Positions 39,106-48,691 of a stretch of 48,691 nucleotides of DNA are shown here, in pieces (position 1 is the stretch's first letter; every line of letters starts with the position of its first letter). Location: the NCBI RefSeq assembly GCF_006345805.1, contig NW_021835556.1, forward strand, positions 1 through 48,691, given 5' to 3'. A program made the translations under genes and the position numbers. The notes beneath the pieces were generated by a model that searched no databases, was not told where the DNA came from, and was given only the letters and a program-made list of their open reading frames with translations. Source of the DNA: Octopus sinensis (taxonomy: Eukaryota).

Positions 39106-39602
39106 TTGTTAAAAATTTTCAATTTCACAATGCAAATGAGGGTGAAGACAGGAACAGTTGTAGAGATGATGATGAGGATCATCATGGTGATGATGATGAT
39201 GAGGAGGAGGAGGAGGGTGAGGAAGGTGATGGTGATGGTGATGGTTATTGGTTATTGGTTATTTGTCAAAATCTTAGAAATGCATCGGTGTTTAATAATT
39301 AAAATATTAATTTAAGGTATTCAAAATATGCATGGAGGTGCGTATGCATATGTATGCATGCACACACACACACACACCGGCACATATATATTTAGATATA
39401 GGTGTGTGTGTGTGATTATAGGTGTATGTAAATGATTGCAGGTACAGAATTCCGGGTAGTAATGGGGTAGAGACACAAAAAGCAGGAAGATATCTTCAGA
39501 GTGAATATATTTTTAAAAATCCAATTCAATTATAAAAGATTACAAAATATTAAGCAAGAGAACATGCCAACACTATATGTATGTGTGTGTATCAATCTAT
39601 AC

Positions 39603-39649
<47 letters not shown>

Positions 39650-39974
39650 CACACATACATAAAAAACACTTATACACATAAGTATAATAAATATACAACA
39701 ATATGAGAATACTGTTATATATAAACATACATATGGACATACATTTATAAGTCTATACTCAGAAGAATACAAGTATACTTACATACACTCGTACATTGAC
39801 AAAAAACACCTAAATCACGTCCGCACATGTATACACATATGTATACATATATATATGCACACATACATAAGCATACATATATAATAAGCATATATATGTA
39901 TGTATGCATACATATAAATGTATATATTTATATTTATATGTATATACATATACATATATATATACATAAATATA

Positions 39975-40738
39975 TATTTATGAATGTGTATCTATATATG
40001 TATATAAATATGCATTTATATGAATATATATTTAAGTATATATATATATATACACACACATATACATATGCATATATATGAATATGTATTTATGTATGTG
40101 TATAGATATATATATATATGCATGTGTATGTATATATATGTATATACATATAATATATATACATACACATGCATATATATATATATCTATACACATACAT
40201 AAATACATATTCATATATATGCATATGTATATGTGTGTGTATATATTATATATATATATACTTAAATATATATTCATATAAATGCATATTTATATACATA
40301 TATAGACCATTCATAAATATATATATTCATTTACATTCATATATATATACATACATATATACATATATATATACATAAATATATTTTTATGAATGTGTAA
40401 TCTATATATGTATATAAATATGCATTTATATGATATATATTTAAGTATATATATATATATACATACACACACAATACATATGCATAATATATGAATATGT
40501 ATTTATGTATGTGTATAGATATATATATAGATGCATGTGTATTGTATATATATGTATATACATATAAAATATATTACATACACATCATATTTATATCTAT
40601 CTATACACATACATAAATACATATTCATATATATGCATATGTATATGTGTGTGTATATATTATATATATATATACTTAAATATATATTCATATAAATGCA
40701 TATTTATATACATATATAGATACACATTCATAAATATA
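39975..40738. repeat. AT-rich ~345-bp palindrome present twice in tandem (period ~414 bp)
   Basis: Arms 39975-40143 and 40144-40319 are near-exact reverse complements; a noisier second copy lies at ~40383-40738. Confidence 0.85.
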
Positions 40739-40840
40739 TATATTCATTTACATTCATAATATATACATACATATATACATCTATATATACATACAATATA
40801 CATATATATATTCATATACATGCATATATATATATATATA

Positions 40841-40889
<49 letters not shown>

Positions 40890-42080
40890 TTACATACAGA
40901 CACACACAAACAGAGACATACATTCATAAATACACACTCAAACATATACATATGAATATTTGAATAGCATTTCAATGATAAGGGGGGAAAGAAAACTGTT
41001 AACAAAACCCACAATCGATTTAATGGCGGTGCAACAGATTCTTGCTAATCGTGAGCTTGGAGCAATTGCACAAGAATATATTGTGCAAAAGTGGTCCTTA
41101 TCGCTATTACTTCATTAGAATGCATGGATGCTATTCACCAGCCTCTGTAGATTTTGCATTTAGCTAACATACATCAATGATGATGATGATGATGCTCATG
41201 ATGATATAAAGGCAATATCTATACATACATATATATATATGTAGGAATACTTAGGTGCATTTAATAATAGATATACATACATATGCAAACATAATTATAC
41301 ATACTTATATAGACACATACACATTACATACATGCATACATACATACACACACACATATATACATTGCTTTTCTTAGATACTTATATACATATAGATGTG
41401 TGTGTGTACATATATATATATAATATTTATATATATATATATATATCACTATTTTTACATACATATTTACACATGTAGGCATATGTGTGTGAATATATAT
41501 ATATATAAATAGTACATATATGTATGTATACATACATATATATAGAATATATGTATGCATACACACACACATATATATGTATATATACATGTATATTTGT
41601 ATGCATGCATATATGTGTACATCTATATGTGTGTGTGTATATATACGTACAAACATACACACACACACATACACACATACACACACACATGCATATACAC
41701 ATATAGATGTATATACACACACATCCTTGTTCTTTTGTGTAATAAGAAGTGCTAAGCCCTTGAAGGGGGAACAGAACAGAGAGAAGAAGGAGATCAAAGA
41801 AGTTAGGTTACGAAGTGGTTATGACAGTTTCCGAGTAGGTGGAACTCATGAAGAAGATGGCAAAGAACCATGATGCATGTTGTTACAGGGTGTTTCAGGG
41901 GAAACCCACCCATGGCCACCAATACAAACATGACAAAACAGTGCCAAAAACAGTTTTATTGATGGGGTTGGGTGTGTATATGTTTACATTTGGTTCAGTC
42001 TTCAGTTCTTGCCTTCTCCATTCCTCTCTCTTGCTCGGTTCCACCATTGAGTCTTGTGGAACTGCAGACTGATATCCATT

Positions 42081-42520
42081 TATTCTTTACTTTATTTTTA
42101 CTTTTACTTGTTTCAGTCATTTGACTGTGGCCATGCTGGAGCACTGCCTTTAGTCGAGCAAATCGATCCCAGGACTTATTCTTTGTAAGCCCAGTACTTA
42201 TTATATCAGTCTCTTTTGCCGAACCGCTAAGTGATGGGGACATAAACACACCAGCATTGGTTGTCAAGCAATGCTAGGGGGACAAACACAGACATACAAA
42301 CATATACACACACATACATATATATATATATATAATATATATATATATACATATATACAACAGGCTTGTTTCAGTTTCCGTCAACCAAATCCACTCACAA
42401 GGCTTTTGTCGGCCCGAGGCTATAGTAGAAGACACTTGCCCAAGGTGCCACGCAGTGGGACTGAACACGGGACCATGTGGTTGGTAGACAAGCTACTTAC
42501 CACAGAGTCACTCCTGCGCC
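42081..42520 (-). mobile_element. Family A SINE, full length; an older tandem copy follows at ~42535-42895
   Basis: Homology to the family consensus seen in the window. Confidence 0.9.
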
Positions 42521-43420
42521 TTTACTTTATAATTCTTTCACTCATCAGACTGTGGCCATGTTGGGGCAATGCCTTGAAGAACTTTAGTCAAACTTATCGA
42601 AACAAATTCATTTTGTAAAGCCCGGTACTTATTCTATTGGCTTCTTTTGCTGAACTGCTAAGTTACAGGGATGTAAACACACCAACACCGGTTGTCAAGC
42701 AGTGATGCGAGACAAACACATACAGAAAGACACATGCATACACACACACATATATCATGGGCTTCCTTCAAACTCTGTTTACCAAATCCACTCTCAAGGC
42801 ATTAGTAGAAGACACTTGCCAAAGCTGTCGTGTAGTGGGACTGAACCCATAGCCATGTGGTTGGGAAGCAAACTCCTTACCACACAGCCACACTTGTTTA
42901 CCTTTCATTCACACTTTATAACACTCTCTTTCTCCATCACCCTTTATCACTCTTCCTCTTGGCCATCAGGATGCCTGTGAGACGTAATGTGAGACATAAT
43001 GTGAGCCGGCAATGAATCTGTCTACATTCACTGCCTCCCACCTTCGTCCTTCTTCACTGTTAGTCTTCACATACTCTGTCCCCATCTCTGTCCCCTTCAC
43101 TGATATTCCCCTAATTACTCACCTATATTGCTGTCCATTACTCCTCCTCTCTCCATCTCTCACATGTACCTCCCTCCTCAACCACTTCCTCCCCCTGCCT
43201 TTCATCATCCTCTCCAACCAATCCCTCCCTCTTTCACCATGCCGTTTTTTCCTATTCCATTTCATTACAAACAACCAACATATAGCTGTCCATTACTCTC
43301 TCTCGCTCTCTCTCTCTCTCCTCTCCTCATTACTCTTCTAACCCACCTCTTCCTCCAATCACTCTGCTTCGTATCAATACTCTTGGTCATCACTTACATT
43401 TTATGCCTGCATTCAATAGT

Positions 43421-44210
43421 CAATAAACACACGGTTTCAGGTTCAATCTCTCTACTTGGCACCTTGAATATGTGTCTTCTAGTATAGACTTGGGTCGACT
43501 AAAGCCTTGAGTGGATCTGGGAGATGGAAGCTGAAAGAAGCTCATCACAAGTATATGTATATATGAATATATATATATATACTCTCTCTTTTCACTCTTT
43601 TACATGTTTCAGTCATTTGACTGCGGCCATGCTGGAGCACCGCCTTTAGTCGAGCAAATCGACCCCAGGACTTATTCTTTGTAAGCCCAGTAGTTATTCA
43701 ATCAGTCTCTTTTGCCGAACCGCTAAGTGACGGGGACGTAAACACACCAGCATCGGTTGTCAAGCAATGCTAGGGGGACAAACACAGACACACAAACACA
43801 TACACATACATACATATACATATATATACATATATACGACAGGCTTCTTTCAGTTTCCGTCCACCAAATCCACTCACAAGGCATTGGTCGGCCCGGGGCT
43901 GTAGCAGAAGACACTTGCCCAAGATGCCACGCAGTGGGACTGAACCCGGAACCATGTGGTTAGTTAGCAAGCTACTTACCACACAGCCACTCCTGCGCCT
44001 ATATATGCACACGTTTCCCTTTGTGTTTGTCCCCACCACCACTTGGTTTGTTTTTGTCCCCGTAACATAGTAGTTCAGCAAGAGAGACTAGCAGAACTAG
44101 TATTAGGCTTAAAAAGTAAGTAGTAGGGTCGATTTGTTCCACTGACCCCCTTCGAAGCAATGCCCCAGCATGGTCACAAGGCAATAATTGAAACAAGACA
44201 AAAGATGAAA
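43421..44210. mobile_element. Nested SINEs: young minus-strand family A copy (43582-44000) inside the central microsatellite of an older plus-strand copy
   Basis: Older 5' half at 43421-43555 and older 3' half at 44001-44210 flank the intact inverted copy. Confidence 0.8.
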
Positions 44211-44469
44211 TAGAGAAAACTCTTTAGTCTTAGACTGGAATCTGCACATTTAGAGACGATGCCAGTGTGTTCTGTAAAACGGTTCGTAGTAAAAATGGAA
44301 TCCACCCATAGAAACAACACCAAAATTGAATGAATCAAAGACACGTTGACCATCATCTTGTCTGGGAGAATGGTAAAAGCATCAAAGAACAGAGATGCTT
44401 TGGGACTCTCCAGCTGACCAATTCCAACATAGAAAATGGCAAGAAGATAATGATGTTGATGAAATATAA

Positions 44470-44845
44470 GTGCATATAGTGGTGAGAAGCTTGCTTCCCA
44501 ATTACATGGTTCTGGGTTCAATCCCACTTGGCCAAGTATCTCCTACTAAAGCTCAGGGCTCACCAAAGCCTTATGAGTGGATTTGGTAGGTAGAAACTGA
44601 AAGAAGCCCATCATATACATATGTGTGTGTGTGAGTCTAGATGTCTGTGTTTGTCCTCCATCACTGCTTGAAAACTGGGAGTGGTTTCTTTATGACCATA
44701 TGAGTTAGCAGTTCAGCAAAAGAGGCTGATAGAATAAATAACCGGCTTCAAAAGACATAAGTTCTGGTATTGACTCATTTGACTATATGTTCTTGAAGGT
44801 GGTGCCCCAGTATGGCCACAGCCTAATGAAAAAACAAGTAAAATA
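44470..44845 (+). mobile_element. Family A SINE, diverged
   Basis: Homology to the family consensus seen in the window. Confidence 0.8.
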
Positions 44846-44882
44846 TGTGTGTGTATATACATACACATGCATCCATTCTTGC

Positions 44883-44915
<33 letters not shown>

Positions 44916-45177
44916 TATATACACGCATGTGCATGCACACATACATATGTATACACATATTTATTTTTTCTTAAACTAGAACATCTCATTCTCTCCTTCT
45001 AACTCCACAATATAACCAATGAGTATATATAAATACACACACATACTACATATATGAGTGTGTGTATGTGTGAGTCTCCATACATATATACACATAAGTG
45101 AGTTTTGGTGGACATGGTACACAAACATATATACATTTTATATGTATCACGAACACAAACATATATACATGTACATG

Positions 45178-45222
<45 letters not shown>

Positions 45223-45237
45223 GAGAGAGAGAGAGAC

Positions 45238-45270
<33 letters not shown>

Positions 45271-45276
45271 CATACA

Positions 45277-45307
<31 letters not shown>

Positions 45308-45819
45308 TGCACAAACACATGCACACATATATATGTATGTATATATGCTTATATTTATATATATATATATACATGTAAATTTAACAAAATATTATTTTAT
45401 TTTATCATTTTCTACTCTTTTAAACATGATATATATTTTCTAAAATTTTTATTCATTTTCTTCTCTAATCCGTTTTCTTGAAAATCTTTGCATTTATCCT
45501 CATAACAAAGTTAGATTCTTGTGTTAGAAAGAAAAACTGTTCATGAAAAAAAATTCTCTAAAATTCCAAAGATGGTAAACATCTAAAACACTGGATGAGG
45601 GGTGTAGAAAAACAAGATATTTTGTCATAGATTTTAAAAACACATCCCATGTTTCAACATAGATTCATGTTATTGTTGTTGTTGTTGTTGTTGTTGTTGT
45701 TAGTATTATTACTATCAATGCTTAACAGAAGGGCATTCTTGCAAGTTATTGTGCATGCATGTGCTTGTTGATATATGTATATTATATATGCGGTGGGTGT
45801 GGGTGTATAAATGCATATA

Positions 45820-45828
45820 TATATATGT

Positions 45829-45897
<69 letters not shown>

Positions 45898-45924
45898 GTA
45901 TATATATATATATATATATGATAA

Positions 45925-46019
<95 letters not shown>

Positions 46020-46025
46020 TATATG

Positions 46026-46067
<42 letters not shown>

Positions 46068-46107
46068 ATATATATATATATATATTATATATTATATATA
46101 TAATATA

Positions 46108-46139
<32 letters not shown>

Positions 46140-46290
46140 TATGTATATATATATATATATATAATATATATATATAATATTATATATATATTAATATATA
46201 ATATATATATATTTTATATATATATATACTATATATATAATATATTAATATATATATATATATATATATTAATATAAATATATATATGCA
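45820..46290. repeat. (TA)n array, ~470 bp
   Basis: Direct reading. Confidence 0.95.
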
Positions 46291-46572
46291 AGCACTTTGT
46301 TCTATTTTACCGATTTACCATTCCAGTGAGGAATCTTCATTTCTGCTAATTCCAAACTTTTCTGTTATCTTTAGCTCATATTGCATCCTCTCTGGATTCC
46401 TTTCTGTTTGATCTTTGATTCAAAAATCTAATATATACATCCATGCACAGATATATACACATATATAATATGTATAAGTGTGTGTATGCATTGTATATAA
46501 ATATATACATGAAATATATATATTTCATGTATATATGTTTTATGCATATATATACACATATTTTATATATAT

Positions 46573-46738
46573 AGGAGTGGCTGTGTGGTAAGTAGCTTGC
46601 TAACCAACCACATGGTTCTGGGTTCAGTCCCACTGCGCGGCATCTTGGGCAAGTGACTTCAGCTATAGCCCCGGGCCAACCAATGCCTTGTGAGTGGATT
46701 TGGTAGACAGAAACTGAAAGAAGCCTGTCGTATATATG

Positions 46739-46769
<31 letters not shown>

Positions 46770-46980
46770 TTGTGTGTCTGTGTTTGTCCCCCTAGCATTG
46801 CTTGACAGCCAATGCTGGTGTGTTTACGTCCCCATCACTTAGTGGTTCGGCAAAAGAGACCGATAGAATAAGTACTGGGCTTACAAAGAATAAGTCCCGG
46901 GGTCGATTTGCTCGACTAAAGGCGGTGCTCCAGCATGGCCAGAGTCAAATGACTGAAACAAGTAAAAAGAGAGAAAAAAG
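46573..46980 (+). mobile_element. Family A SINE, full length
   Basis: Complete head, central repeat and tail. Confidence 0.9.
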
Positions 46981-47481
46981 AGTATATACACACACACACA
47001 TATATATATATATATACATATATACACATACATGTGCACATATATATGAATATGAATATATATATATATACACACACACACACAGGCATCATACAATTTG
47101 CCTTTTTACTCTGAAGGAGAGGCCCTTTGTTACCAACAGTGGTAGGAACTCTCCAAACTTTGCCCAACCCTTTTGTATTATGCACACATTATATTTATGT
47201 GTGTGTGTGTGTGTGTGTGTGTGTTATATGATTTATATATATATATATATATATAATGATAAATATCAAAGTGGCCAGCTGGAGGAGTGTGTCCTCCTGG
47301 GGCTAAAAACTACAGTAGCATCCACCCTTAGGGGTAGCCATATTGAGATGGCAAATATACGTCACTATATATATATATATTATATATATATATATATTTT
47401 AACATATATATTATATTGATAAAAATGGTAAGACTACAAAAGAATGAAAGAGACCTCGATATTATGTAAATAGAGGAATTT

Positions 47482-47679
47482 ATCCGTAAATGTTATATGT
47501 GATAATTATTCGGTAGCCATGATAAAACTCCGAGTTTCGGGTGGAAATCCACGCCACCATCATAGCATTTTTTCTGATGGCCGGATAACTGAAGAGATGG
47601 CGGCGTAGATTTCCACCTCGGCATCCGAAACTTGGAGTTTTATCATGGCTACTGAATAATTGTCACATATTACTTTTAC
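47482..47679. mobile_element. Fold-back PLE-like element (inverted arms ~47482-47560 and ~47596-47679)
   Basis: ATATGTGATAATTATTCGGTAGCCATGATAAAACTCCGAGTTTCGG pairs with CCGAAACTTGGAGTTTTATCATGGCTACTGAATAATTGTCACATAT. Confidence 0.8.
47584..47644 (+). ncRNA. Type I hammerhead ribozyme, near-canonical
   Basis: GATAA/TTATC stem I; CTGAAGA; GATG/CATC stem II plus one extra C; GAA; ACT-TGG-AGT stem III; GUU triplet, predicted cut after 47639. Confidence 0.7.
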
Positions 47680-47778
47680 AGATAGATATATATATATATG
47701 TAGATATATCGGTTTTTTTCTCAAACTTTTTCTCAAACCTTTTATAATGTGATATAATTCTTTGGTGTAGCAATTGTA

Positions 47779-47873
47779 TGCGGCTGAAGAAGGCTTTATC
47801 TCAATCTGTTATATCAATTATGCATTGATATAGGAATAAGTTGCTCAATAAAGCCCGAAACATATGTACCGCA
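47779..47873 (+). ncRNA. Type I hammerhead ribozyme with extended stem II
   Basis: TGCGG/CCGCA stem I; CTGAAGA; 8-bp GGCTTTAT/ATAAAGCC stem II closed by an A.C mismatch; internal 9-bp hairpin TATATCAAT/ATTGATATA; GAA-ACATATGT-A, predicted cut after 47868. Confidence 0.75.
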
Positions 47874-47901
47874 AAATCCTTTGCAACCTGTTTTTCTTTT
47901 G

Positions 47902-47948
<47 letters not shown>

Positions 47949-48160
47949 CATAATCAAATAGGGTAATAAAAAAACTATTATTACCAGTGGCCTAGCACAA
48001 AAGACGAGTTAGTCGTTAGACTATATATTTTTCGTATAGAGATATACTAAAATAAATGGGATATAGCTGCGATGGTAAATGTTTTTATTTTCATTCCTTT
48101 CATGAATTTATCCCTTTGTGTGTTTCTAGCACAACGCTTCCTTATTTCGAAGCCTTTTAT

Positions 48161-48164
<4 letters not shown>

Positions 48165-48199
<35 letters not shown>

Positions 48200-48368
48200 T
48201 TATACATATATATACATGTAATTATATATATATATTGTCTATATATATACAATATATATATATATATTATATATTATATATATAATATACCTGTATATAT
48301 ATATATATATATATATACTATATATAATATTATATATATATATATATACTATATATATATATATATTA

Positions 48369-48405
<37 letters not shown>

Positions 48406-48420
48406 GTATTATATATATTC

Positions 48421-48484
<64 letters not shown>

Positions 48485-48515
48485 GATATATATATATATA
48501 ATATATATATATCTT
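48165..48515. repeat. (TA)n array
   Basis: Direct reading. Confidence 0.95.
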
Positions 48516-48539
48516 AGAATAACTTAGAAAGGTTTTGGC

Positions 48540-48691
48540 CAGTATTGGCCAGGCCATGTCTAACTTGATAGCACCACCTGGCGAAGTCTTTCAGTCAGGA
48601 TTTTGGGCACCAAGGCCCATTCGAGCAGAGAGTTATTGGTTGCGGAGACATATCCGGGTGTGGGTGGTTTGTCCGTACTGTTTGAAGAATT
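48540..48691 (-). pseudogene. Possible decayed L1/Tx1-type RT fragment
   Basis: Minus strand QPITL-(frameshift)-LEWALVPKILTERLRQVV resembles RPITLLN.D.KILAKILA.RL..V. Confidence 0.35.

Noticed and set aside
41990-42070. Minus-strand exon-like stretch (PQDSMVEPSKREEWRRQELKTEPN)
   Set aside because: Weak splice sites and no recognisable homology.

Overview
AT-rich, repeat-saturated eukaryotic non-coding DNA, most likely an octopod cephalopod (Octopus-like). That assignment rests on my recognition of the dominant SINEs and the microsatellite load, not on a database search. I find no supportable host protein-coding exon; almost all listed ORFs are translations of microsatellites or SINEs. The window holds about 20 full or partial copies of one tRNA-headed SINE, several other SINE families, decayed Tc1, mariner, hAT, RTE and CRE-like fragments, and long simple repeats. 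The main finding is a set of type I hammerhead ribozyme (HHR) motifs of the kind known from Penelope-like elements (PLEs) and retrozymes. One is fully canonical (17330-17415), two are near-canonical and adjacent (47584-47644, 47779-47873), and several are decayed (34071, 34729, 29449, 31695, ~12420). They belong to at least six unrelated sequence families. Two sit in fold-back (inverted, 5'-truncated) structures, and many abut (TA)n tracts. One tRNA-derived SINE family carries an HHR-like module in its 3' half and occurs here as a head-to-head fold-back dimer nested inside a hAT MITE.
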